NCBI GenBank assembly: GCA_963677485.1
Contig: OY781964.1
Coordinates: 2,304,001 to 2,368,000 of the forward strand
Length of the DNA stretch: 64,000 bases
Source: Armatimonadota bacterium
Lineage (GTDB): Bacteria > Armatimonadota > HRBIN16
Reading direction: 5' to 3'
Below are positions 1 through 9,925 of the stretch, piece by piece; position 1 is the stretch's first letter, and every line of letters begins with the position of its first letter. The notes under the pieces were generated by a model. It worked only from the letters and a program-made list of their open reading frames with translations, did not search any database and was not told where the DNA came from. Both the position numbers and the translations under genes were made by a program.

Positions 1-156
1 CCTGTGCCTGCCCTGGGTAAAACCGAAAATGCTACCTCTGCCGTCCCAACCAAAACTTGGTATCTAAATCGCACGACAAATCCATGGTAACCATTGCATT
101 TCTAGTTCATAAAGAGGTATAAGATGGTTGTGATAACCACCAGGAGGAATTCTGTC

Positions 157-1839
157 GTGAAAAGATGCTTCATCATCGCGCTGTTGGTCATGGCCTCTGC
201 GGCTTTCGCCCAGCAGCCCCCAGCCGCTGCGCTAGCAGACGCTACTGACACCGTCGCAGCCAAACCCCCGCATGATGGCAAACCCATCGCGACCGTTCTG
301 GCGGCCTGGGCCAAACAGCACGTGAAAACACTCGTGGTGGAACCCCGTCTGACGGCTCTCGTCAAAATCTATCCCGGAGTGACAGAGTTTGAGCAAGGTC
401 TTAACCTCGCTTTGAAGCCATACAAAAACCTCATTTGGCGCAAGGTATATCTGCGGGAGAAGATGGAGCTGCCAAAACCTGAGCGTCTGACCGCCATGGT
501 GCGCACGATGGTCTCAGCGGAATCCACCGACATCATCGTGCAAGACCCAAAAGCCAGCAAGATCAGCAGCTTCGTGAAGTTCGTGGACGTGCCGATGGGT
601 TTCGAGGCCGGACTGAGCAAGATGACTCCCCCGTTTGGCACGAAGTGCATCTACGTCGTGATCGATAAAAGGCCTGCCTGGTCGCAGACCGACGGTCTGA
701 ATCTGCTGGATTTGATCGCCGACCCCAGCCTCATCAACGAAAACACGCTGAATGAGCAGAACATGGCAGCCATACAGAAAATGACGTGTGAGTCGATCAT
801 GAAGATGCCCCCTGCAAGCCGACCGGAAGCGATACGGGGCATGGGCGGTATGGTAGATACGCTGGACGTCCGCACGGTGGTCAGCTGGAAGATGGATGCA
901 GAGAAGTTGATGGACAGCACATCAGACAAGGCTGAAGCATTACTCCGTCGTCAGATAATGGAAAACTTGGCCGTCCAGAAGGAGCTTAGTCCTGAGGACC
1001 TCGCACTGCTCATCGCTACCGGTACTTACGCACAGCAGCCTCAGCCCCAGTCAGGTGTACCCGTCGCGGTGGCAGGCTTCCCCGTTTCAGATGGAGAGCC
1101 TATCGCTGCTGTTCTCGCGGGATGGGCTGAGAAATACAACAAGACCCTGGTGGTCGAACCCAGCCTGATCACGCAAGTCAAGTTGGATCTCTCTGCGAGA
1201 ACATTCGAACAGGGGCTCGATCTTGCTTTGAAGCCCTATCAAAACATCTCATGGCGAAAGGTCTACCTGCGTGCGAAGGCAGCACAGCCAAAGCCGGATC
1301 GTCTAGCCGCGATGGTTCGTACGATGGTGACATTGGAGGCCTCCGGGTTGATCGTGCAAGAGCCCACCACCAGTAAAATCGGCAGCTACGTGAAGTCAGC
1401 CGATGTGCCGACGGACTATGAAGCGGGTTTGAGCAAGATGAACCCCGCATTTGCCGCCAAGCCGGTGTATGTTGTGTTCGATGCGAAGCCGAGTTGGGTC
1501 TCCGCCGACGGATTGAACCTGCAGGATTTGACGGCAGACCCCAGTTGTCTCACGACAGATACACTCAATGCGCAGAATATCAAAGCCATCAACCAAAAGT
1601 TGATTGAGGCGATGAAGAAGATGGACCCCGAAAGCCGCGCCAAAGCGATGAAAAGCTACCTGGAATCGGCCGAAGGATGCGATGCCCGGACGCGTGTTGG
1701 CATGCTTGTGGCGTCGCAGAAGAGACGCGCTAAAATGACGCCAGAGGAGATCGAAAACGAAAAACGGCGGGGTAATGAATACACGGATGTGATGAGGGAA
1801 ATGGGCGCTTTTGGCATGCCTCCGCCGGAGGCGAAATAG
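157..1839 (+). CDS. Secreted paralog-array protein, fused A+B unit (two STN/secretin-N0-like domains)
   Basis: AGGAGG RBS then GTG at 157; signal peptide ending AFA-QQP; the conserved domain IATVLAAWAK..KTLVVEP..FEQGL.LALKPY occurs twice, with an internal signal-peptide remnant LLIATGTYAQQPQP. Confidence 0.8.
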   Translation: MKRCFIIALLVMASAAFAQQPPAAALADATDTVAAKPPHDGKPIATVLAAWAKQHVKTLVVEPRLTALVKIYPGVTEFEQGLNLALKPYKNLIWRKVYLREKMELPKPERLTAMVRTMVSAESTDIIVQDPKASKISSFVKFVDVPMGFEAGLSKMTPPFGTKCIYVVIDKRPAWSQTDGLNLLDLIADPSLINENTLNEQNMAAIQKMTCESIMKMPPASRPEAIRGMGGMVDTLDVRTVVSWKMDAEKLMDSTSDKAEALLRRQIMENLAVQKELSPEDLALLIATGTYAQQPQPQSGVPVAVAGFPVSDGEPIAAVLAGWAEKYNKTLVVEPSLITQVKLDLSARTFEQGLDLALKPYQNISWRKVYLRAKAAQPKPDRLAAMVRTMVTLEASGLIVQEPTTSKIGSYVKSADVPTDYEAGLSKMNPAFAAKPVYVVFDAKPSWVSADGLNLQDLTADPSCLTTDTLNAQNIKAINQKLIEAMKKMDPESRAKAMKSYLESAEGCDARTRVGMLVASQKRRAKMTPEEIENEKRRGNEYTDVMREMGAFGMPPPEAK

Positions 1840-1945
1840 TGAATCGCTGGGAAATCCCCAGCACCAAAACCCACTGGTAACCATTGTATTTCCAGATCAT
1901 TAGTAGTATAAGGTGGTTGAATTACCCATGAGGAGGAAATCTGTC

Positions 1946-2842
1946 GTGAAAAGATGCTTCATCATCGCGCTGTTGGTCATGGCCGTCGCGGCTTTCGCTC
2001 AGCAGCCCCCACCCGCTGCGCCAGCAGACGCTACTGACACCGTCGCAGCCAAACCCCCGCCTGATGGAAAGCCCATCGCGACAGTCCTGGCGGCCTGGGC
2101 CAAACAGCACGAGAAAACAATGGTGGTGGAGCCCCGTCTGACAGCCCTGGTCAAAATCGACCCCAGCGCGGCAGAGTTTGAGAATGGTCTCGATCTGGCA
2201 TTGAAGCCATACAAAAACCTCATATGGCGCAAGCTCTACCTGCGTGAGAAGATGGAGCTGCCCAAACCAGAGCGTCTGGCCGCCATGGTGCGCACGATGG
2301 TCTCAGCGGAGGCCGCCGACATCATCGTGCAAGACCCCAAGGCCAGCAAGATCAGCAGCTTCGTGAAGTCCGTGGAAGTTCCAAAGGGTTTCGAGGCCGG
2401 ACTGAGCAAGATGGCTCCCCCGTTTGGCACACAGTGTATCTACGTCGTGCTCGACAAACGACCGAGCTGGTCACAAACCGACGGTCTGAACCTGCTGGAT
2501 TTGATCGCCGACCCCAGCCTCATCAACGAAAACACGCTGAATGAGCAGAACACCACGGAAATCAACCGCTTGTTATGTGAGGCCATCGTGTCTATGGACC
2601 CCAAAGACCAAGAGAGCGCATATCGGGGTATGATGGGCCTGCAGGAATTGCTTGATACCCGCACGCGAGTTGCCTGGTGGATTAATGCTGGTAAACTTTA
2701 TCCGAAATTGACTGACGCGGAAGAAGAAGCCATCAATCGCGCCAAGTGGAATGACCGCACGAGGTATGAGGGCATAGCGGTAGCACGTGAAATGGGCCTT
2801 GATCCAAATAACACTGTAATAGTGCCCGATTTCAGCTATTAG
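1946..2842 (+). CDS. Secreted paralog-array protein, type A
   Basis: AGGAGG RBS, GTG 1946, signal peptide; near-identical to 157-990 and 4213-5094 apart from the C-terminus. Confidence 0.8.
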   Translation: MKRCFIIALLVMAVAAFAQQPPPAAPADATDTVAAKPPPDGKPIATVLAAWAKQHEKTMVVEPRLTALVKIDPSAAEFENGLDLALKPYKNLIWRKLYLREKMELPKPERLAAMVRTMVSAEAADIIVQDPKASKISSFVKSVEVPKGFEAGLSKMAPPFGTQCIYVVLDKRPSWSQTDGLNLLDLIADPSLINENTLNEQNTTEINRLLCEAIVSMDPKDQESAYRGMMGLQELLDTRTRVAWWINAGKLYPKLTDAEEEAINRAKWNDRTRYEGIAVAREMGLDPNNTVIVPDFSY

Positions 2843-2934
2843 GTGAATTGCGCTTATGTCCCTACTATGTCACTTAAGCTTGTGACAGCCTTGAAGTGTC
2901 ACCATGCATAACCACTCATATGGAGGGTTCGTTC

Positions 2935-3810
2935 GTGAAATATATATTGATCGCCGTATCGTTGGTGATGGCCTCCTGCGCCTTTGCCCAGCAGCCTCAA
3001 CCCGCACCGCAAGCGGAATCACCTGCCGTGATCACAAACACATCCCAATCTGGCGGTAAACTGATCGCCACTGTTCTGGGAGAATGGGCAAAGAAATACG
3101 ACAAGACGCTCGTTGTGGAACCCAGACTGACAGCCTTGGTCAAAATCGACCCCGCAGCGAAAACATTTGAACAAGGTCTTGACCTTGCACTGGTGCCATA
3201 TAAAAATATCACATGGCGAAAGGTCTATCTGCGCGCGAAGGTTGAGCAGCCGAAACCAGCCCGTCTGGCCGCGATGGTACGAACGATGGTGTCGATGGAG
3301 GCCACAGGCATGATCGTGCAAGACCCTGCCACCAGCAAAATCGGCAGTTTCGTGAAGTCGGTCGATGTGCCGCAAGGTTATGAGGCCGGTCTAAGCAAGA
3401 TGAACCCCGCGTTTGCTGCCAAAGTTGTATATGTCGTCTTCGATTCCAAACCGCGATGGGCGTCTGCCGACGGACTGAGCCTGCTGGATATCACGGCCGA
3501 CTCTAGTTTTCTCAGCGCAAATACCATCAGCCCGCTAAACATTAAAGGCATCATCCAAAAGATGGTTGAGGCGATGAAGAAGATGAACCCAGAGGACCGC
3601 GCAAAAGTCAGCAAGAGCATATTGGAGTATTCAGATAGTCTTGACACCCGCACACGCATTGGCATGTATGCGGTGGGTAAGAGGCTTATGGAGAACATGA
3701 CACCTGAAGAACGCGAGACATTAAGGCAACGCGAGCATGACAGAGGTGAGGTCATGAGGGAAATGGGCGCGGTCCGGGAACGCGTTTATATTAACGACGT
3801 ACTTCAATAA
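2935..3810 (+). CDS. Secreted paralog-array protein, type B
   Basis: GGAGGG RBS, GTG 2935, signal peptide CAFA-QQPQP, same conserved domain. Confidence 0.8.
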   Translation: MKYILIAVSLVMASCAFAQQPQPAPQAESPAVITNTSQSGGKLIATVLGEWAKKYDKTLVVEPRLTALVKIDPAAKTFEQGLDLALVPYKNITWRKVYLRAKVEQPKPARLAAMVRTMVSMEATGMIVQDPATSKIGSFVKSVDVPQGYEAGLSKMNPAFAAKVVYVVFDSKPRWASADGLSLLDITADSSFLSANTISPLNIKGIIQKMVEAMKKMNPEDRAKVSKSILEYSDSLDTRTRIGMYAVGKRLMENMTPEERETLRQREHDRGEVMREMGAVRERVYINDVLQ

Positions 3811-3849
3811 CCGATAGCCAAACCTCATCGCCTTTGGGGGTTGTCTGAA

Positions 3850-4071
3850 CCACGGATTTCGCAGATGGACACGGATGACGAATACCAATCCACAGATTTC
3901 ACGGATGACGCAGATTAGGAAATGACCGCATGTGGCTGGCATACAAGGGGTCGGGTTTCCCGACCCCAGGGCGGGAGATCCCGCCCCCACAATCGGCCGG
4001 GTGGGCGGGGTGACCCCGCCATATACGGTCGCCACATAAAATCGTAGGGGCAGGCCCCTGTGCCTGCCCTG
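3850..4071. repeat. 9-nt periodic repeats (CACGGAT..) plus a cluster of REP-like GC hairpins including a GTAG-type REP
   Basis: cacggatttc/gcagatggac/acggatgacg periodicity; hairpins ggggtcggg-ttt-cccgacccc, gggcggga-ga-tcccgccc, cgtaggggcaggc..gcctgccc. Confidence 0.7.
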
Positions 4072-4212
4072 GGTAAAACCGAAAATGCTACCTCTGCCGC
4101 CCCAACCAAAACCTGGTATCAAAATCGCACTACAAATCCCTGGTAACCATTGCATTTCCTGTTCATAAAGAGGTATAAGGTGGTTGTACTACCCATGAGG
4201 AGGAAACCTGTC

Positions 4213-5094
4213 GTGAAAAGATGCTTCATCATCGCGCTGTTGGTCATGGCCGTCGCGGCTTTCGCTCAGCAGCCTCCAGCCGTTACGCCAGTAGACGCCG
4301 CTGACACCGTCACAGCCCAACCCTCGCCTGATGGCAAGCTCCTCGCGGTCGTTCTGGCGGCTTGGGCCAAGCAGCACGAGAAAACACTGGTGGTGGAGCC
4401 TCGTCTGACGGCCCTGGTCAAAATCGACCCCAGTGCCGAATCATTCGAGCAGGGGCTCAACCTCGCCTTGAAGCCGTACAAGAATCTCATATGGCGCAAA
4501 GTATATCTGCGGGAGAAGATGGAGCTGCCCAAACCAGAGCGTCTGGCCGCCATGGTGCGTACCATGGTCTCAGCGGAGTCCACCGACATCATCGTACAAG
4601 ACCCCAAGGCCAGCAAGATCAGCAGCTTCGTGAAGTCGGTGGATGTGCCGAAAGGCTTTGAGACAGGACTGAGCAAGATGGTTCCCCCGTTTGGCACGAA
4701 GTGTATCTACGTCGTGCTCGACAAGAGACCGAACTGGTCACAAACCGACGGTCTGAACCTGCTGGATTTGATTGCCGACCCCAGCCTCATCAACGAAAAC
4801 ACGCTGAATGAGCAGAACATGGCGGCAGTCATGAAAATGACCTATGAATCGATCATGAAAATGCCCCCTGAAAGCCGACCGGAGGCGATACGGGGCATGG
4901 GCGGCATGGACAATATACTGGACGCGCGCACGGTGGTCAGCTGGATGATGGATGCATGGAAACTGATGGACAACGCATCGGAATTTGCAACCCGTCTTCG
5001 TATTTCTAATGAAAACGCTGAAGTCATGAAGGAGCTGAGTCCTGAGGACGCTGCGTTTATACCACCGCCCGTCGTATATACTAACCCCAAGTGA
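4213..5094 (+). CDS. Secreted paralog-array protein, type A
   Basis: AGGAGG RBS, GTG 4213; upstream 4058-4212 duplicates 1-156. Confidence 0.8.
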   Translation: MKRCFIIALLVMAVAAFAQQPPAVTPVDAADTVTAQPSPDGKLLAVVLAAWAKQHEKTLVVEPRLTALVKIDPSAESFEQGLNLALKPYKNLIWRKVYLREKMELPKPERLAAMVRTMVSAESTDIIVQDPKASKISSFVKSVDVPKGFETGLSKMVPPFGTKCIYVVLDKRPNWSQTDGLNLLDLIADPSLINENTLNEQNMAAVMKMTYESIMKMPPESRPEAIRGMGGMDNILDARTVVSWMMDAWKLMDNASEFATRLRISNENAEVMKELSPEDAAFIPPPVVYTNPK

Positions 5095-5135
5095 TCAGAT
5101 GTCGGCAGGTAACACCACCCATATGGAGGGTTTTC

Positions 5136-6008
5136 GTGAAAAAGTGCACTATTATCGTCTCACTGCTCATCGCTTCGAGTGCCTTTGCACAGCAGCCTCA
5201 GCCTTCCTCCCAGGCAGGTACACTCGTCTCGGTGGCAGGTATCCCCGTTTCAGATGGTGAGCCTATCGCTGCTGTTCTGGCGGGATGGGCGAAGAAGTTC
5301 AATAAGACCCTGGTGGTCGAACCCAGCCTGATCACCTGGTTCAAGTTGGATCCCACAGCGAAAACCTTCGAACAGGGATTAGATTTGGCATTGAAGCCAT
5401 ATCAAAACATCACATGGCGAAAGGTCTACCTGCGTGCGAAGGCAGCACAGCCAAAGCCGGATCGTCTAGCCGCGATGGTTCGGACGATGGTGACGTTGGA
5501 GGCCTCCGGGTTGATCGTGCAAGACCCCACAACCAGTAAAATCGGCAGTTTCGTGAAGTCGGTCGATGTGTCGCCGGACTATGAAACGGGTTTGAGCAAG
5601 ATGAACCCCGCATTTGCCCCCAAGGCGGTTTACGTAGTGTTCGATTCGAAACCGAGTTGGGCCTCCGCCGACGGATTGAACCTGCAGGATTTGACGGCGG
5701 ACCCCAGTTGCCTCACGGCAGATATCCTTAACGCGCAGAAGATTAAAGCTATCAATCTAAAGTTGCTTGAGGCGATGAAGAAGATGGACCCTGATAGCCG
5801 CGCAAAAGTGATGAAGAGCTACTTGGCACTGACCGACGGTTGCGATGCCCGCACGCGCGTGGGCATGTTCGTGGAGTGGCAGAAGATCAACGCCAAAATG
5901 ACGCCAGAGGAGCACGATGACCAACGACGGCGTGGCAAAGAATACATGGATGTGATGCGTGAAAAGGGCGTTCCTGGTTTACCGCCGGAGGAGGAGATGA
6001 AGCAGTAA
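5136..6008 (+). CDS. Secreted paralog-array protein, type B
   Basis: GGAGGG RBS, GTG 5136; highly similar to the second half of 157-1839. Confidence 0.8.
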   Translation: MKKCTIIVSLLIASSAFAQQPQPSSQAGTLVSVAGIPVSDGEPIAAVLAGWAKKFNKTLVVEPSLITWFKLDPTAKTFEQGLDLALKPYQNITWRKVYLRAKAAQPKPDRLAAMVRTMVTLEASGLIVQDPTTSKIGSFVKSVDVSPDYETGLSKMNPAFAPKAVYVVFDSKPSWASADGLNLQDLTADPSCLTADILNAQKIKAINLKLLEAMKKMDPDSRAKVMKSYLALTDGCDARTRVGMFVEWQKINAKMTPEEHDDQRRRGKEYMDVMREKGVPGLPPEEEMKQ

Positions 6009-6148
6009 CCTTAAGATGGCTGGACATGGTGCGTAGTGCTGACCCGAAAATACCGGTAAATATTCCACCATCACGCACGCAGATGGCGGAGCCTTTCCTC
6101 TCCAAAATAGGGTATGATAGATGTACCACCCTCGGGAGGGATGAGAAC

Positions 6149-7033
6149 ATGAGAAAATACTTCGTCGCCACCATGCTGGTGCTGGCGTCTTGCGCATATG
6201 CACAGCAGCCCCAACCCGCACCGCAAACAGCCGCACCCGCGACTGAGACGAAGGCGACCCCTGTTGTTGACGGCAAACCCATTGCTGCCGTACTGACAGC
6301 TTGGGCGAAACTGAATGAAAAAACACTCGTTCTCGAACCTGGTATGGTGGCAAGTGTTAAGCTGGATCCCGCCGCGAAAACCTTCGAGCAAGGTCTGGAC
6401 CTGGTACTAAAGCCGTATAAAAACATCATATGGCGGAAGGTCTTCATGCGCGCCAAAATGGAGCAGCCCAAGCCCGAGCGGTTGGCGGCGATGGTGCGCA
6501 CGATGGTGGCCCTTGAGGCGACTGGCCTGATCGTGCAGGATCCCACCGCCAGCAAAATCAGCAGCTTCGTGAAGTCGGTGGATGTTCCGCAAAACTACGC
6601 GGCGGCTCTGGATAAGATGAGTCCGGCTTTCAACGCAAAAGCTGTATATGTGGTGTTTGACAACAAGCCAAGCTGGGCCTCCGCTAATGGTGTGAGTCTG
6701 CTAGACCTGACGGCCGACCCAAGCAGCATCCCTGAAGGCACCCTCAATGCCGAGAACGTGAAGCAGATCACCGAGAAGCTGCTATCGGCCATGGCGAGCA
6801 TGAATTTAGAGGAACGTGCCAAGGCCATTCTAGGGATGATGCATATAGGGACAAACCTTGATTCCCGTACCCGCGTTGAGATGCGCCTGGCTGGCATTAA
6901 AGCTGAGGCAAGCATGACACCTGAAGAGGTTGAGAACATGAAGCAGCGTAACATCGCCCAGCAAAATGAAGATATACAGACGTTCAAAGATATGGGTATC
7001 CAACTGCCGGGTCAACCGCCGTCTGGGCAATAG
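6149..7033 (+). CDS. Secreted paralog-array protein, B-like
   Basis: GGGAGG RBS, ATG 6149, signal peptide CAYA-QQPQP, same conserved domain. Confidence 0.8.
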   Translation: MRKYFVATMLVLASCAYAQQPQPAPQTAAPATETKATPVVDGKPIAAVLTAWAKLNEKTLVLEPGMVASVKLDPAAKTFEQGLDLVLKPYKNIIWRKVFMRAKMEQPKPERLAAMVRTMVALEATGLIVQDPTASKISSFVKSVDVPQNYAAALDKMSPAFNAKAVYVVFDNKPSWASANGVSLLDLTADPSSIPEGTLNAENVKQITEKLLSAMASMNLEERAKAILGMMHIGTNLDSRTRVEMRLAGIKAEASMTPEEVENMKQRNIAQQNEDIQTFKDMGIQLPGQPPSGQ

Positions 7034-7070
7034 GCGAATAGCCATTTTATAATCCCCTCCCGAAAAGAGT

Positions 7071-7101
7071 GACCGGTCGGATCCGACGGATCCGACCGGT
7101 C
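7071..7101. terminator. Perfect hairpin between convergent genes
   Basis: gaccggtcggatcc-gac-ggatccgaccggtc; no clear U-tract. Confidence 0.45.
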
Positions 7102-7127
7102 TCATCACCACAACAAGCACTTGGTGG

Positions 7128-8267
7128 CTACTTCGGCAACTCACTCACGCGAATGCGGATGGTGCGAATCTCTTTATAGCGGTAATCCCACGGCTTCTCT
7201 TTCACCGTCTCGGGTTTCCACGGGTAGAACACATACAGCCACTCCACACCTTTTTGCTTGAGAACCAGCGCCTGCGGCACGTGCGAGCTGGCCATGCCCT
7301 CGGGCCGGATGTAGCCCATGTATGTCCAGTCGATGCCGTTCTTGGACTGCGCCATGGTCAGCAACCGACCATCGCCACCCAGCGGCTCGGGGTAGTTGGG
7401 GGCGTCGGAGAAGGCGAAGTACCTCTTGCCCACTTTGATCACGCAGGGGTTGGGGTAGTCCTTCAGCAGCGGTTGTTTATCGGCCCGCAAGACCTGCCAT
7501 GATGGATCCATGAAGTCAGCCTTGTTCTCGGCGTAGCCCATCGACAGGAAGGTACCCGGGTGGTAGTAATCAAACCAGATTTTCCAGCGGCCGCCATCCC
7601 ACATCAGCGAGGGGCGGTGGTAGGAGCCGTAATACTCATCCGGCAGCTTCGAGGTATCGCCGGTGCTGATGTCCCAGCGTTTGACGAACTCATCCTTCCA
7701 GATCAGGATCGGCTTCTTCGTGATCTCCCACTTGATGCCATCCTTCGATTTGGCGCCCATCACGCAGTTGATCAGCTTCAGGTGGTCGGTGCCGTCCGCC
7801 TCCTTCACCGTCTCCACGCCCACGGATGAGTAGGCCATGTAGTAGCTGTTGCCCTTCTTCACCACGCTGGGGTCGCCCGCGGCCCAGCAGTTCCATATCT
7901 CTTTGCCGCGGTAGAGCACTGATGCGAATTTTGCAGGTTGGTCGCTGGACACCCACTTGTCATCGCCCGCATACACCTCCCAATGAAGCATATCCTTGGA
8001 GCGGGCGTGGTAGATGGCGTCGCCGCCCACCGTGCTGATGTTGTTCTCCTCCGCCGCCCAACCAAACAGCCACATCTTGAAGGGGTAGGGCTTGCCGGGC
8101 TCATGCACCACACTCGCGTTATACAAATTGTAAAACGGGCCCAGAATCGGCTTGTGGTCCACCTCCCACTTGCTGGTGAGGTCAACCATACGGTCACCCG
8201 GCTGGGCTGAGAGCACTGCGGCCGAGAACATGAGCACCACCGCTAGTGCCAAGCCGATCGGCCTCAT
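7128..8267 (-). CDS. Secreted five-bladed beta-propeller glycoside hydrolase-like protein (GH43/32/130-like clan)
   Basis: Signal peptide; motifs YNASVV, GDPSVVK..YYMAYS, SKDGIKW, RPSL; ATG overlaps the upstream TGA (TGATG). Confidence 0.6.
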   Translation of the reverse strand: MRPIGLALAVVLMFSAAVLSAQPGDRMVDLTSKWEVDHKPILGPFYNLYNASVVHEPGKPYPFKMWLFGWAAEENNISTVGGDAIYHARSKDMLHWEVYAGDDKWVSSDQPAKFASVLYRGKEIWNCWAAGDPSVVKKGNSYYMAYSSVGVETVKEADGTDHLKLINCVMGAKSKDGIKWEITKKPILIWKDEFVKRWDISTGDTSKLPDEYYGSYHRPSLMWDGGRWKIWFDYYHPGTFLSMGYAENKADFMDPSWQVLRADKQPLLKDYPNPCVIKVGKRYFAFSDAPNYPEPLGGDGRLLTMAQSKNGIDWTYMGYIRPEGMASSHVPQALVLKQKGVEWLYVFYPWKPETVKEKPWDYRYKEIRTIRIRVSELPK

Positions 8268-9238
8268 CACTTGGCCTCTCCCGGCGCGTTGAGCGAGTGA
8301 AACGCCTCGCATATCCACTGATAATTCTGTTCGCTCATTCCCAGCGAGGAGTAGTCCTCAATGTAGCCGATAAATCCGCCGCCATTCACGCCTAGATTTT
8401 TCTTCAGCTTGTTTGCGTATGCGAATATCTCATCCTGCGTGCCGCTGATCGCCACCCGCTGGTGGTCGATGGAGCAGCAGAAGCAGACCCGTCCGCCGAA
8501 CCGCTCGCCGAGGGTTTCCACGCCCTGAAGGTCGGGCTGTAACAGCTCGATCACGTCCACGCCGACCTCGATCAGGTCTTCGATGATGTCAATCACCTGG
8601 CCGCAAGTGTGGAACCACACCTTCTTGCCGGCTTTGTGGATGAGCGCGAACTGCTCCTTATATCGCGGTTTGAACACCTTACGCCACACACTCGGTGAGA
8701 CAAGTAAACCTTGCTGCGTGCCCCAGTCGTCGCCGAACTTGAAGCAGTCCACGGGCAGTTTCGATGCCCGCTCGATGATGCCGTTCTCAAAGCCAAATAC
8801 GATGTCCAGCACCTTTTCGGCACGCTCCGGTTCATCGTAGAGGTCCATCATGAACTCTTCAAATCCGCGCAGGAATGTCGCCTGGTTGAAACCCGATATC
8901 CCCACTCCGAAGACCACATATTTGTCGTTGTGGGCTGCGATCTCCGCTGGAAGGTGCTCCATCCGGCCCTCGGCATAGGGGTCTGGCGGGATGTAGCTGG
9001 CGATGTTATCCCAGTTCTGCAGCGGATGCTCCGTGGGCTGTCCCATGGTTTGGTCAAGCACATGCCAGACGTAACCCCACTCCGTTTCGTTGTGCCGCGT
9101 GGGTGCGAATCCGCGTGCGCCCCAGAAGGAGACGACGTAGGTATCGGCCTGGTCTAGATCGCGGTTGCAGTGGTAGAACGGCACCCTCGGCGGGTTCGCG
9201 CGGTTGATGGCAAGCGTGACGAGTTGTTTGGAGTTCAT
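8267..9238 (-). CDS. Uroporphyrinogen decarboxylase/MtaA-CmuA family protein
   Basis: TEWG..W, LRGFEEFMMDL, FGDDWGTQ, WFHTCG motifs; start MNSKQLV. Confidence 0.8.
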   Translation of the reverse strand: MNSKQLVTLAINRANPPRVPFYHCNRDLDQADTYVVSFWGARGFAPTRHNETEWGYVWHVLDQTMGQPTEHPLQNWDNIASYIPPDPYAEGRMEHLPAEIAAHNDKYVVFGVGISGFNQATFLRGFEEFMMDLYDEPERAEKVLDIVFGFENGIIERASKLPVDCFKFGDDWGTQQGLLVSPSVWRKVFKPRYKEQFALIHKAGKKVWFHTCGQVIDIIEDLIEVGVDVIELLQPDLQGVETLGERFGGRVCFCCSIDHQRVAISGTQDEIFAYANKLKKNLGVNGGGFIGYIEDYSSLGMSEQNYQWICEAFHSLNAPGEAK

Positions 9239-9342
9239 TGGTTTCCCCTGTGTGCAGTGTGCCAAATAGCGGCCCTCATTGGTGCAACTATACCACCGAC
9301 CGGGCCTCGGAGCAAGGGTGAACGACGTCGTGGCTAACCGCC

Positions 9343-9780
9343 AGACCGGCGCGGTTAGGGTAAACCGCCCCGGACATAGGCAATCAAGACCGGCGCGGTT
9401 AGGGTAAACCGCCCCGGACATCGGCAATTGGATGTATTTGGAGGCCATGAATGGCACTGTCCGGGGCGGTCTGACGGTTGGCTGGTTTATGAAGATGGCT
9501 TAAGACCGCGCCGGTCTGGCGGATAGCCTGAATCCACTTGTCCCGCATGGATCAAGACCGGCGCGGTTGGGGAAAACCGCCCCGGACATAGGTAATTAGT
9601 GGTTTCGGGAAGATATGAATGGCTATGTCCGGGGCGGTCTGGCGGTTGGCTGTTTTATGCAGATGGCTTAAGACCGCGCCGGTCTGGCGGATAGCCTGAA
9701 TCCACTTGTCCCGCATGGATCAAGACCGGCGCGGTTAGGGAAAACCGCCCCGGACTGTGGCAATCAAGACCGGCGCCGGT
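9343..9780. repeat. Composite palindromic repeat cluster (family R1)
   Basis: Repeated blocks agaccggcgcggttagggaaaaccgccccggaca and the inverted tgtccggggcggtctg / accgcgccggtctggcggatagcc. Confidence 0.9.
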
Positions 9781-9925
9781 CAAATACCCTTTGCGCCTTT
9801 GCCTCATTGCGACTTTGCGTTGTGATACCGCCCTTCGTGTTCATTCGTGTGTATTCGTGGTTGCCAAACTTCTGGTCTGATAGCATATAACCAACACCTA
9901 ATTACCGCTGCAGAGGAGCAACACC

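Noticed and set aside
157-7033. Diversity-generating retroelement behind the variable tails
   Set aside because: No reverse transcriptase in the window, no TR/VR pair with adenine-specific differences, and variation includes indels and whole-tail swaps
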